Positions 9,837 through 19,809 of a DNA stretch of 64,000 nt are shown one piece after another. Numbering within the stretch: the first letter of the stretch is position 1; each line of letters starts with the position of its first letter. The stretch comes from an uncultured candidate division Zixibacteria bacterium (GTDB lineage: Bacteria > Zixibacteria > MSB-5A5 > GN15 > PGXB01). The stretch is from the NCBI GenBank assembly GCA_963702205.1, contig OY969724.1, positions 3,328,001-3,392,000 on the forward strand, written 5' to 3'. The notes under the pieces were generated by a model. That model had not been told where the DNA came from. It made no database searches and saw only the letters and a list, made by a program, of their open reading frames with translations. A program made the translations under genes and the position numbers.

Positions 9837-10908
9837 GCACCAGGTCCTGCATCGTTTTGATAGCGATTTCGATAGTTTCTTCGAAACGTCCGCGCCGCTC
9901 GGCTTTCTTACGATTGCCTTGCAGGATGTTTCCGATTTCGATTTGCCCCGATAATAACCTATCGAACTGCTGTTTCAATGATTTCGCGCTTGATACATCG
10001 AACATCAAGGCGCTTTTATCGTCGGCCCAATCCCGGACGCCGTCGATATTGCCCACGACCGGAAACAGCCCGGCCGCCATAACCTCGATCAGCGACGCCG
10101 GTGATGAATCCGACAGGGCGGCGGAAAGATAAACGTCGAATCCCGATAAAAACTTCGGGTAGTCCGGACGCGCCACCCGGTTATAAAATTGTACCTGACT
10201 CGCACTGTACTTAGTGCGGACTATCGCCTCGAAGCCGTCGAGCCTTGTTCCCCAGTGCGGAAAGGTCAAAGTGATTTTGTTCTGCGAGACCAGGTCGCCC
10301 AACGCTTCGATAATCAGTTCGTTGTTGTAGACTTCTTCCTGCGGCCTCGGGATGAAAACATCGATTGTCGGTCTTTTCAGGAAATCCGAATCACGCTTTT
10401 GTGTATATATATCGAAAATATCCTGCTCGGCGCCCCAGTACTTTATTTTGACGTTCGCTTCCGGCTCGATCTCGCGAATTTTCGACGCCATATGTTCCGA
10501 ATCCGAAAAAACCACGTTGGCCCGTCCCAGCGCGGTTCGCACCCGGGCTTTGTGTATCGCGGTTTTGTTCGCCGAAATCAAAATATCAGAACCGAGGCAG
10601 GTTAAAACCAGCGGCTTCGATTTCCAAACCCGCGATACCGCCGCGGAAAAACCGTAGCCCGACGCCGAGTGGGCATCGACAATGTCGATTTTCTTTTCGT
10701 TAACGATTTCCGCGATCTGCCCGGCGGCAAAGAGATAATCAAGCCCGGTAATGCCCAAACGACCCTTCAGGTGAATATCGACAATATCTCCTTCTTCGAG
10801 CGACGCCACCCACACGGTCATCTTGCGCTCGCGCAGGGCGGTCACATAGCGTTCGCCGTGCACCGAACGCCCGTCGTCGAGAACCAGTATGTTCAGCGGT
10901 TTTTCCAT
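9829..10908 (-). CDS. Glycosyltransferase family 4
   Basis: SVHGERY, AHSASGYG, GSDIL, DVYLSAALSDSSPASLIEVMAAG. Confidence 0.85.
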   Translation of the reverse strand: MEKPLNILVLDDGRSVHGERYVTALRERKMTVWVASLEEGDIVDIHLKGRLGITGLDYLFAAGQIAEIVNEKKIDIVDAHSASGYGFSAAVSRVWKSKPLVLTCLGSDILISANKTAIHKARVRTALGRANVVFSDSEHMASKIREIEPEANVKIKYWGAEQDIFDIYTQKRDSDFLKRPTIDVFIPRPQEEVYNNELIIEALGDLVSQNKITLTFPHWGTRLDGFEAIVRTKYSASQVQFYNRVARPDYPKFLSGFDVYLSAALSDSSPASLIEVMAAGLFPVVGNIDGVRDWADDKSALMFDVSSAKSLKQQFDRLLSGQIEIGNILQGNRKKAERRGRFEETIEIAIKTMQDLVHA

Positions 10909-11834
10909 CGATAATAAAGTGCTCCCATAGCGCTGTAATACGTGTACGACTTCACTTCCGTTTCCCGTCCGCCCCAGCGTTTTTTAAACTCGATCAGCCC
11001 TTCGGCGTCGCGCGGGGAACCACCGAGGTCGATCTTATTTATCCCCAGCTCACGGGCGCGTCCGATAATATAATCCATCAGCAGGTAATTAGCTTTAAGA
11101 TTTCCATGCTCTCTGTCGGAACAACCCTGCCAGTTCAGTATGCGATCGCCTAAGATAAAACTTATACTTGATGCAATAAGTCTATCCTCGTATTGTGCCG
11201 CAATCCAAATAATGCGTCTGTCGGTCCTAGATAACTCGAGCAGGCGCTCAAATAATGTCTTATCGTAGCGCGGAACCGTTTTGTGACGCCCGGACGTTAT
11301 TGCGACAAGGCCGTGAAAATCATGCAGCCAGCCTGGATTATTGAACACGACTACTTCTGCGTCGCGCCTTTTTCCTGTCCTGATATGTATATTAACGCTC
11401 CGATCACGCCCGGCTTCGGGGTCGTCGAGATCTAATATATGGGTCAAGTGTGTACTTAACCGGTACTCCGGCGGAGCCGTTTCTGTCCCGGAGTCATGAA
11501 TCGTTGCCCGGAAAAACCTGTTTTTGCGGAAATAATCGAGCGTCCGTTTATATAATTCCAACTTGATATCCGGATCGTCTTTGACCGCAATGGCACCGCC
11601 GGGGAAGCCGTCGATCATCGATTCAAACCTCGGCATCAGGCGACCGCCGCTCAGGACCCCGGGCATACCGGCCAGAATCCGTTCATTTTCTTCAAGCGCG
11701 AAAAAAACCGGCCGAATTTTACTGTTTTGCCAGACGGCAACAAAATCCGGTGAGGCCATCAGGGATTTTTCGGCCAGGATGCTCCATCGCTCCCGGTTCA
11801 GCGTTTCCCCGGAATATATTTTAAACGAAATCAT
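10893..11834 (-). CDS. FemAB-like GNAT acyl/aminoacyl transferase (cell-surface polysaccharide type)
   Basis: THILDL, ANYLLMDYII, IDLGGS, GLIEFKKRWGG; located among glycosyltransferases. Confidence 0.78.
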   Translation of the reverse strand: MISFKIYSGETLNRERWSILAEKSLMASPDFVAVWQNSKIRPVFFALEENERILAGMPGVLSGGRLMPRFESMIDGFPGGAIAVKDDPDIKLELYKRTLDYFRKNRFFRATIHDSGTETAPPEYRLSTHLTHILDLDDPEAGRDRSVNIHIRTGKRRDAEVVVFNNPGWLHDFHGLVAITSGRHKTVPRYDKTLFERLLELSRTDRRIIWIAAQYEDRLIASSISFILGDRILNWQGCSDREHGNLKANYLLMDYIIGRARELGINKIDLGGSPRDAEGLIEFKKRWGGRETEVKSYTYYSAMGALYYRWKNR

Positions 11835-14026
11835 TGCCGGACTAATAGAATCTTGCCCCGCCCAACCGATCCGTCCTCGGCCGTCAACAGGTAAAGATAA
11901 ACCCCCGAAGCCACGTCTCTCCCCTGCTGGTTTTTCCCGTCCCAGTTCTCATTGATATTCAGAACGCGGACCAGGTCTCCGCTGACGGTGTATATGTGCA
12001 CGGTCGCTTCGCCGTCGTAATTGAATTTCAGTTCGTCGGAAGCGTTGTGGATCACATAGGGATTGGGAAAGGCTATGACGTTTTTGAGATCCGACGTGAT
12101 CGGCCCGAATTCCGACTTTCTGATCGAGAGCCCGGCCGACGTGCCGACCCAGGTGTCACCCGTACTATTGTTGATTGCCAACGCCGTCACTCGATCATTG
12201 CTTAGTCCCGAATTCAGCGTGGTAAACACTTCGACGTCGCCGGTCACCGGATTCTGACGCCCCAATCCGTTAATGGCCGCCATCCACACGAAATTGCGGC
12301 TGTCCACTTCTATCTTCGTAACGCCGGGTCCGAAACCGAGCGGAAGTGAGACGTCGAGGAACCGGTCAATCCCGGCATCGTAATAAGACATCCCGGCAAA
12401 CGTCCCCACCCGAAGGGTGCCGTTGTTGTCGAAATTGACGTCATAAACGATGTTCGATCCCAGCCGTCGGTTGTCCTCCCGAAAATTGACCAGTGAATCA
12501 TCGGATTTGTCGAACGGGTCCGGGCCGTAGTAATAATAAAAAACCCCGGAATTTTCCGTGCCCACCACGAAGACCCCGTCAAAGGCCGCGATCACCTGAA
12601 CCCGGTCGGTCGTAATGCCATCGGCCAGGCCGAAAGAAGCCCACCGGCCGGGATCGTACGGGTCCGTCAAATCCACCACCGATACCGGGTTGCCATCCAG
12701 CGCCCGGTACGCGGTTACGAACATATAGTTGCGGTCGATGGCCATGTCGCGCACCACCACATATGTGCCGTTTTCCGATACACCGCGCAGCGTGGAATTA
12801 TTTTCATCGAAATTCACCAGGCCTTCGGGCGTGACCAGATTCAACCCGCCCCCCCACTGCCCGAGCCACAGTCTGCCCTGATTATCGAACCGAGCCGATG
12901 TCACCCAATCGCCCGACAGCATTTCAATATTGTTAAAGTCACTGCCGTCGTACAGACTCGAACCGTTATAAAAGAAACCGCCCCCGATATCTATACCGTC
13001 CGAGGCCGCCAAAGCCGACACGTAATTTCCCGGCAAACCCTCATCGTTGACGTTTTCGTATCCCGAATCCCCACCGAAATACACTCCGTTCGAGGCTGTG
13101 CCTATCCAGTGTTCATCCCCAATTATAATACCGCCCGCAAAATCACTGGTTGGTATCGATGGCGTATTGTTGGCAATAACTCCGCTTTCTCTGTAAATGA
13201 AAAAACCCCGATCGGAGTAAATGTACAAGCTGTCGCCGTGGATTCTTAATCGACGAATCTCATTCGGCTCGCGGGTCGGGATTTTTATAAACGACGTATC
13301 AGCGCCGTCGATGGCCAGCTTGAACGCATTGCGGCCATTGCCGACAAACAACGTATCGTGAAATATCCTGACCGCCGTGGTTTTGTCCACCAAGAGTTCA
13401 TTGTATTCTTCCCGCTTAAATGAAACCCAGTTGGCAAATGATTTTAACTGCCGGGGATCGGTACGGTCGGCGACCGCCAGTCCCCCGGACGTGGCCAGCC
13501 AGATGGAGTCGCCCGAAAGCTCGATATCATACACCTCCGACTCCGGATCAAGACCGCCGAAACGATAATAGAAATCTTCGATTTGCCCGTCATACGTCGT
13601 TTTGGAAAACAAAGCCAGGCCGACCGACGTGCCCACCCAGAGGTAATCGCCGTCGTCCGCCAGACAGTACAGCGTTAAAAGTTTATTGTCGCTGTCGAAG
13701 AACAGAAACGGCGTAAAAACACCGTCTCGATACCGCACCAGACGACCGGCCCCGGCCAGCCAGACGGTACCCTTGGCATCTTTGAGGACGTAATGCATAT
13801 CATTGGTGCCCATGCCGTCGGTATTGGTCGTCTTGCTTATACCCAAAGTGGTCGGATCGACCCTCAGCCATCCGCCCGAGGAAATCACCTGTACCGAATC
13901 GTTGAAATAGTCGATATAACGAATTTCGCGGGCCGACGTGATCGACGTCCAACCATCGGTGGCAGCTCCTTCGGCGACGGCGGCGAAAAACAGTACCGCA
14001 AATATGACTGACGAAATCCTTTTCAT
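11831..14026 (-). CDS. PorZ-like secreted double beta-propeller protein with C-terminal FlgD/T9SS-type Ig domain
   Basis: Signal peptide, many WVGT/WLAT/WIGT propeller blades, NSGLSNDRV repeats, C-terminal VIAFPNPY...WDGKNQQGRDVASGVYLY...GKILLVR. Confidence 0.7.
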   Translation of the reverse strand: MKRISSVIFAVLFFAAVAEGAATDGWTSITSAREIRYIDYFNDSVQVISSGGWLRVDPTTLGISKTTNTDGMGTNDMHYVLKDAKGTVWLAGAGRLVRYRDGVFTPFLFFDSDNKLLTLYCLADDGDYLWVGTSVGLALFSKTTYDGQIEDFYYRFGGLDPESEVYDIELSGDSIWLATSGGLAVADRTDPRQLKSFANWVSFKREEYNELLVDKTTAVRIFHDTLFVGNGRNAFKLAIDGADTSFIKIPTREPNEIRRLRIHGDSLYIYSDRGFFIYRESGVIANNTPSIPTSDFAGGIIIGDEHWIGTASNGVYFGGDSGYENVNDEGLPGNYVSALAASDGIDIGGGFFYNGSSLYDGSDFNNIEMLSGDWVTSARFDNQGRLWLGQWGGGLNLVTPEGLVNFDENNSTLRGVSENGTYVVVRDMAIDRNYMFVTAYRALDGNPVSVVDLTDPYDPGRWASFGLADGITTDRVQVIAAFDGVFVVGTENSGVFYYYYGPDPFDKSDDSLVNFREDNRRLGSNIVYDVNFDNNGTLRVGTFAGMSYYDAGIDRFLDVSLPLGFGPGVTKIEVDSRNFVWMAAINGLGRQNPVTGDVEVFTTLNSGLSNDRVTALAINNSTGDTWVGTSAGLSIRKSEFGPITSDLKNVIAFPNPYVIHNASDELKFNYDGEATVHIYTVSGDLVRVLNINENWDGKNQQGRDVASGVYLYLLTAEDGSVGRGKILLVRQ

Positions 14027-15600
14027 TTCACTCTTTTTACGAGACCTAATATCAATAATATAGACAATATCGCGACCGTAAGCAACCAGCTGATTCGGCC
14101 AACAATCGGTCCCGTTTTCGTGAATATCGAATAGCCCACGGCCGGGGTGACGCCGCCGATAACGACTTCTTTCTTAAAAAGCCCCGTCTCCTCACGGACG
14201 CGGCCGTAAGGATCGATAAAGCCGGAAATCCCGCTGTTGGCACACCGGGCTATCCAGGTGCGGTTTTCCACGGCTCGGAAGACGACCAGGCGCAAATGCT
14301 GAAACGGACCGGAGCTTCTCCCGAACCAGGTATCGTTGGTGATATTGACGATAAACTGAGCCCCATTCAAAACGCCTTTTCGGACAAAATCAGGAAAGGC
14401 CGATTCGAAACAGATCAATACGCTGTAACCGACGTCGTGGCTGCTGAACAATATTATTGAATCACCGGGATAGAAATCCGACCACCACTGCACCTTGTTG
14501 GTTTTTATGGCATCGAGATATTTTCCCAGAAAATCACGGCTCAAAAATGGGAGATAATTCTGGTACGGAGCCTGTTCCGAAAACGGGACCAGTTTATTTT
14601 TGTGATAGATATATTCTATCCGTCCGAGCGTGTCGAACTGGAAAGCCGAATTGAACGTTCTCTGTTTGCCGTCGGCCATGGATGCATCCTCCGCCCCGAG
14701 CAAATTAGGTGCGCCGCTTTTGCGGGCGGTTTCCGCCAGTATCTGGCGATAATGGCTGTCCCAGCGAGGATAGGCCGGGGCAGCCGTCTCCGGCCAGACA
14801 ATCAAATTGACCGAATCACGTCCCGCCACCTGTGCCATTGAATCATATAAAACGAAATTCAAATCGCGCGTATTTTCGCCCCATTTCTCGTTCAGTGGGA
14901 CATCTCCCTGCAGCAGTGCTATCGGGTATCTGGGCGGCACTTCCAGCGGCGGCAATTCCGCCCATCCGAAAACGTACACGATCAGCAGCAAGGCCAGAAA
15001 GCCGACCGCGCTGGTTACCCGGCGCTCCAGCCGGTTCTTTCCGGAAAACAGCTGCCAGACGAATATATTCATTATCACCAGCACGAACGACAGCCCGTAA
15101 ACTCCGATGACCGATACGATTTGTATCATGGTTAAATAGTACCCCTGGCTGTAGCCCAGATCGGTCCATGGAAAAGCACATTGAGTCAGACTGCGGAAAT
15201 ATTCCATACCGACCCAAAGAAAAGGCAAAGCCACCAGCCCGATATTTCGGCGATAATGATATAATTTATTATAGGCCAGTAGTACTATCGCCGGATACAA
15301 TGACAGTATGAATATAGCCGCGACCATCCCCGGCGGCGTTACTATCGCCACCCAGTACAACTGAAACAGGTTGGACATGAACGAATAAAAGTACGCGGCC
15401 CTGAAGGCATCTTTGCCCTTCAGGTTGGAAATTATCGCGATCGGGCGGGCCAGAGAGATCCATCCCAGAAAACCGAGCGGAAGAGGAAGATACGCGAGCG
15501 CGAGAATAAAAGCCCAGAACGTCAGTTCCATCCGGCGAATCCGGATCGACGCGTCCTTGGGCCAGAAAAATTCTTTAATTCCTCGTAACGGGGACTTCAC
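14023..15600 (-). CDS. lnt: Apolipoprotein N-acyltransferase
   Basis: N-terminal TMs, FPWTDLGYSQ, IVWPETA, YHKNKLVPFSE, LICFESAF, NITNDTWFG, RAVENR, ANSGISG. Confidence 0.96.
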   Translation of the reverse strand: MKSPLRGIKEFFWPKDASIRIRRMELTFWAFILALAYLPLPLGFLGWISLARPIAIISNLKGKDAFRAAYFYSFMSNLFQLYWVAIVTPPGMVAAIFILSLYPAIVLLAYNKLYHYRRNIGLVALPFLWVGMEYFRSLTQCAFPWTDLGYSQGYYLTMIQIVSVIGVYGLSFVLVIMNIFVWQLFSGKNRLERRVTSAVGFLALLLIVYVFGWAELPPLEVPPRYPIALLQGDVPLNEKWGENTRDLNFVLYDSMAQVAGRDSVNLIVWPETAAPAYPRWDSHYRQILAETARKSGAPNLLGAEDASMADGKQRTFNSAFQFDTLGRIEYIYHKNKLVPFSEQAPYQNYLPFLSRDFLGKYLDAIKTNKVQWWSDFYPGDSIILFSSHDVGYSVLICFESAFPDFVRKGVLNGAQFIVNITNDTWFGRSSGPFQHLRLVVFRAVENRTWIARCANSGISGFIDPYGRVREETGLFKKEVVIGGVTPAVGYSIFTKTGPIVGRISWLLTVAILSILLILGLVKRVK

Positions 15601-17134
15601 TCGGTACCAAAAGATTGCGGCCGGTCATCTCGGCCGGTTGTTCTATGCCCAGGCAGTGCAGCATGGTCGGCGCCAGGTCGGCCAGAATACCGCCTTCTCT
15701 GACTTTGATCTTGCCCATCCTGCCCGTGCTGTCATAAAAGATGCACGGTACAAGATTAGTCGTATGAGCCGTGTGCGGTCCGTGGGTTTTTTCATCGTAC
15801 ATTTTCTCGGCGTTGCCGTGATCGGCGGTCACGATGGCCAGCCCCTGCTGATCCTTGACGGCCGCCAGCACTTTGCCCAGTCCGGTATCGACCGCCTCGA
15901 CCGCCTTGACCGCGGCGTCGTAGTCGCCGGTATGGCCGACCATGTCGCAGTTGGCGAAATTCAGTATGACAACGTCGAATTTGCCCGAACGAATGGCCAG
16001 GGCGGCTTTATCCGAAACTTCCACCGAGGACATCTCGGGCTTCAGGTCGTACGTGGCGACCTTGGGTGAGGGAATCAATATGCGCTCTTCGCCATCGAAC
16101 GGCTTTTCCACCCCGCCGTTGAAGAAAAACGTCACGTGGGCATATTTCTCGGTTTCGGCGATACGAAGCTGTTTCAAACCGTGCCTCGAAATCACTTCGC
16201 CGAATATATTGTTCAAATGCACCTGCGGAAACGCGACGTGCGCCCCGGTCAACAGCTTGTCGTACTGCGTCATCGTGATCAGATGCACTGTCGGATTATC
16301 GGGATGAGACCACCCCTCCGGGTTATCGCCGGTGAGAATATGGCACATCTGCCGCACCCGGTCGGCCCGAAAATTGAAAAATATGGCGACGTCGCCGTCC
16401 TGCAGCCGACCCTCGTTTTCATCGCCGAGATTTATCACGACCGGTAAAACGAATTCATCGGTGACGTCATCTTTGTACGATTGCTTTATGGCCTCGACCG
16501 GATCGTCGGCTTGCACTCCTTTGCGGTGCACTATGGCATCGTATGATTTCTCGATACGCTCCCAGCGTTTGTCGCGATCCATGCCGTAATAGCGACCCGA
16601 CACGGTCGCCACTTTGCCCAGACCTGTTTTATTGAGAAATTCAACCGTATCCTTCATGTACCCTTCGCCCGAATGAGGCGGCGTATCGCGACCGTCCATA
16701 AAGGCGTGCAGGTACAACTTCGTGACGCCGGTGTTTTTGGCCAGTTTGACCAGCGCCTGGAGATGATTCAGCGAGGAGTGTACACACCCGTCGGAAACCA
16801 GCCCGAACAGGTGGACGGCTTTATTATCCGAGACGGCTTTTTTCATACCGGTCAGGAAAACGTCGTTTTTGAAAAAGTCGCCGTCGCTTATGGATTTATC
16901 AATGCGCGTAATATCCTGATAGACAACCCGGCCCGCTCCTATATTGAGGTGGCCGACTTCACTGTTGCCCATCTGACCTTCGGGCAACCCTACCGCCAGG
17001 CCGGAACCATCAATGGGCGCGTGCGGACAAGTTTTAAACAGTTCATCGACATTGGGTTTTTTGGCGCCAAAAACGGCGTTGAATTTTTCTTCTTTACTAA
17101 GGCCGAAACCATCAAGTATGCATAACAGAAACAT
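15575..17134 (-). CDS. gpmI: 2,3-bisphosphoglycerate-independent phosphoglycerate mutase
   Basis: ILDGFG, GQMGNSEVGH, DGRDTPP, AETEKYAHVTFFFNGG, DMVGHTG, TADHGNAE, HTAHT. Confidence 0.98.
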   Translation of the reverse strand: MFLLCILDGFGLSKEEKFNAVFGAKKPNVDELFKTCPHAPIDGSGLAVGLPEGQMGNSEVGHLNIGAGRVVYQDITRIDKSISDGDFFKNDVFLTGMKKAVSDNKAVHLFGLVSDGCVHSSLNHLQALVKLAKNTGVTKLYLHAFMDGRDTPPHSGEGYMKDTVEFLNKTGLGKVATVSGRYYGMDRDKRWERIEKSYDAIVHRKGVQADDPVEAIKQSYKDDVTDEFVLPVVINLGDENEGRLQDGDVAIFFNFRADRVRQMCHILTGDNPEGWSHPDNPTVHLITMTQYDKLLTGAHVAFPQVHLNNIFGEVISRHGLKQLRIAETEKYAHVTFFFNGGVEKPFDGEERILIPSPKVATYDLKPEMSSVEVSDKAALAIRSGKFDVVILNFANCDMVGHTGDYDAAVKAVEAVDTGLGKVLAAVKDQQGLAIVTADHGNAEKMYDEKTHGPHTAHTTNLVPCIFYDSTGRMGKIKVREGGILADLAPTMLHCLGIEQPAEMTGRNLLVPSEVPVTRN

Positions 17135-17136
17135 GA

Positions 17137-18177
17137 TTAACCTTTCAAGACTACTTTTTTCTCGCCCGAAGTAATACGGCCTATCTGATAAGCCTTTTCA
17201 CCCAGGCCATTTAAGTCTTGAACCACCTGTCCAGCCAGTTGTTCCGAAACCACCAGGATAAAGCCGATGCCCATATTGAACGCCGGATACATATCGTCTT
17301 CCGATATATTCCCCGCCTTCTGCAGATAGTTAAAAACCGGCAGGACCGGCCAGGAGCCTTTGTCTATTTCGGCTCGGCAGCTATCAGGGAGAATCCTGAC
17401 CAGGTTGCCCGGGATGCCGCCACCTGTAATATGAGCCATACCCTTAACCGGGTGTTTTTCCAGAATCTTGAATATGGAGTCTTTATAAGATTTATGTACA
17501 ATCAGAAGTTCATCGGCGGCCGTCCGGCCCAGTTCGGGGATCATTTCGTCGTGTTTTAGTCCGGCAACCTCGAATACGATTTTGCGGGCCAGCGAGAATC
17601 CGTTGGTATGAAGGCCGGTCGAGGCCAGCCCTATAACCGCATCTCCGGCTTCAATATTCGAGCCGTTGATAATTTTCTCCTGATCGACAATGCCGACAAT
17701 AAACCCGGCCACGTCATATTCACCCGGTTGATAAAAATCCGGCATCTCGGCCGTCTCGCCGCCGATCAATGCGGTCCCGGTATTCTTGCAGCCCCGGGCC
17801 AGCCCCTCGACAAGTTCGGCGATAATCTCCGGATTTAATTTCCCGGTCGCTATATAATCCAAGAAAAACAGCGGCCGTGCCCCGTGCACCAGGATATCGT
17901 CAACACAGTGATTTACGAGGTCTTCGCCGACCGTATTGTTCCTGCCGGACATAAAGGCAATCTTAAGTTTGGTTCCGACCCCGTCGGCCGAGGATATGAA
18001 GACGGGATTTTTAAAACCACCGAAATCCGGTTTAAAAAAGGCCCCGAACTGTCCGATCCCGCTGAGCACCGATTTATTGAACGTGCTTTTGGCCAGTTCT
18101 TTGATTCTTTCGACTGCGGCCTCACCCGCGGCAATATCGACTCCCGCCGACGCGTAATCTAATTTATTCTTGTCCAT
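17137..18177 (-). CDS. purM: Phosphoribosylformylglycinamidine cyclo-ligase
   Basis: YASAGVDI, DGVGTKL, PLFFLDY, GGETAEMP, GLHTNGFSL, AHITGGG, FNMGIG. Start placed at ATG 18177 (MDKNKLDY). Confidence 0.97.
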   Translation of the reverse strand: MDKNKLDYASAGVDIAAGEAAVERIKELAKSTFNKSVLSGIGQFGAFFKPDFGGFKNPVFISSADGVGTKLKIAFMSGRNNTVGEDLVNHCVDDILVHGARPLFFLDYIATGKLNPEIIAELVEGLARGCKNTGTALIGGETAEMPDFYQPGEYDVAGFIVGIVDQEKIINGSNIEAGDAVIGLASTGLHTNGFSLARKIVFEVAGLKHDEMIPELGRTAADELLIVHKSYKDSIFKILEKHPVKGMAHITGGGIPGNLVRILPDSCRAEIDKGSWPVLPVFNYLQKAGNISEDDMYPAFNMGIGFILVVSEQLAGQVVQDLNGLGEKAYQIGRITSGEKKVVLKG

Positions 18178-18366
18178 ATACTTCCACCGTATTTTCGATC
18201 TCAATAAGGGGTTAAGCTAACACCCGCCGGTATTAAAGTCAAGAAAATAGCCTAACAGACATAAGGCGTTCGCGTTCAGTTGCGTTGGTTCTTAAGAAGT
18301 TCGGTCAGGCCCTGTCCCGATGAAATCGGGATTGTCGCTTTGTACGTTGTGATCGGCGGGTCCTCA

Positions 18367-18519
18367 GAGGCTGTCCCAAAAGTATTTTTTTTAAGTTCCG
18401 CGGGGTCTTGTCCCGACGAAGTCGGGATGTGACCCTGCAGTCTTTCAACGGTTTCCGTCGGGTGACAATTTCGACCACGTCGAAATCAACACCCGACGGA
18501 ACACTTTTGGGACAGCCTC
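18367..18519. mobile_element. MITE-like element with perfect 17-bp terminal inverted repeats
   Basis: GAGGCTGTCCCAAAAGT (18367-18383) and ACTTTTGGGACAGCCTC (18503-18519) enclose two REP-like hairpins; no transposase and no clear target duplication. Confidence 0.6.
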
Positions 18520-18684
18520 CGGACATCTGCCGCCCACTTGACTCGGAGCGTAGCGGAGCAGTTCTGCCAATTTATAACCAGGATGGCAGGACCCCGGCGC
18601 CAGGCTCACTTCGAATACTCAGTGCAGGTGGTTCCTGCCCCACAATAATCCTCGGCGCTGGGGAAATTACGAAATCGTAATCAA

Positions 18685-18794
18685 CCACCCGTTGGGTGGG
18701 CTGCAAGAAATTCATTCAAAGAAAGACTGGATTCCCGATCAAGTCGGGAATGACATTGCAACCAACACCGTCTTTTAACCCATCCAACGGGTGG
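18685..18794. repeat. Nested palindromic repeat: outer 16-bp inverted repeat around a dRS3/REP-like ATTCCCG-N7-CGGGAAT unit
   Basis: CCACCCGTTGGGTGGG (18685-18700) vs CCCATCCAACGGGTGG (18779-18794), 15/16 complementary. Inner unit 18722-18758 matches 32557-32592 in reverse orientation. Confidence 0.7.
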
Positions 18795-18807
18795 ATATAT
18801 GATATTT

Positions 18808-19806
18808 TTATAATTTAAATTGTGATTTAAGAAAATCCAGCAGTGCTTTAAAATCCTCGGGCGGCTCCGCCTCGATACTCATCTTTTTTCCAGTCACCGG
18901 ATGACGGAATTCCAGACTTCTGGCGTGAAGTGCCTGACGCGGCATAATCGCCAGCGCCTTTTTCGCGATCATGCGATCATTGGAGAAAATCCCCAGATGC
19001 CATTTCTCTCGACCACCGTAATCAGGATCACCGAGAACCGGGTGCCCCAGATGAGCGAAATGCACCCTGATTTGATGCGTCCTGCCGGTGCGAAGATTTA
19101 TATCGAGATAATCGTACAAACCATAGCGCTCCAGCAGTTTATATTCGGTTATCGCTTCTCGTGATTTGATTTTTGTTACGGTCATCTTCTTCCGGTCTTT
19201 CATCGACCGGCCGACCGGAAGATCTATCGTACCGTCGTTTTCCTTCATATGCCCGCAAACTACCGCGATGTACTTCTTAGTGATCGTCCTCGCTTTCAGC
19301 ATATCCTGCAGCGCCTGATGCACTTCATCTGTCTTTGCAACCATTATAAGGCCACTGGTATTCTTATCCAGACGGTGCACTATTCCCGGACGCTCGGCCG
19401 CTCCGGTCGACAAAGATTTCGTATAGTGCAGCAGGGCGTGTACCATCGTTCCGGTATAATTTCCCGTCGACGGATGAACCGTCATACCCGGAGGTTTGTT
19501 GACAATCAGAAGATATTCGTCTTCGTACACAATATCGAGCGGGATATTTTCCGGCGTCAGTTTCATCTCCGGTTCGGGGGGAATCGATATTTCGATTTTT
19601 TCACCGCCGGTCAGAATCATCTTGCCGACCGCCGGAGCGCCGTCAATGCTGACAAGGTCGGCCTCGATAAGTTTCTGCAGTCGACTGCGCGATAATTTGA
19701 GTTCTGGATTTTGACCAATGTACTTATCGAGCCGGATTTTTTCGATATCCTCGGGGATTACGATCGACAACCGTTTAATCGGTTCGGATTTGTTTTCTGT
19801 GGCCAT
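18808..19806 (-). CDS. rluD: RluA-family 23S rRNA pseudouridine synthase (RluD-like, with S4 domain)
   Basis: RLDKYI, SRSRLQKLI, VNKPPGMTVHP, RPGIVHRLDKNTSG, TGRTHQIRVH, RQALHA. Confidence 0.9.
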   Translation of the reverse strand: MATENKSEPIKRLSIVIPEDIEKIRLDKYIGQNPELKLSRSRLQKLIEADLVSIDGAPAVGKMILTGGEKIEISIPPEPEMKLTPENIPLDIVYEDEYLLIVNKPPGMTVHPSTGNYTGTMVHALLHYTKSLSTGAAERPGIVHRLDKNTSGLIMVAKTDEVHQALQDMLKARTITKKYIAVVCGHMKENDGTIDLPVGRSMKDRKKMTVTKIKSREAITEYKLLERYGLYDYLDINLRTGRTHQIRVHFAHLGHPVLGDPDYGGREKWHLGIFSNDRMIAKKALAIMPRQALHARSLEFRHPVTGKKMSIEAEPPEDFKALLDFLKSQFKL

Positions 19807-19809
19807 ATA

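Noticed and set aside
18305..18680. Short ORFs (73 aa minus, 90 aa plus) in the purM-rluD gap
   Set aside because: They run through palindromic repeats, lack an RBS and have no protein-like features.
18300..18800. CRISPR array
   Set aside because: Repeats are heterogeneous palindromes without constant repeat-spacer periodicity, and no cas genes are present. The same applies to 32385-33116.
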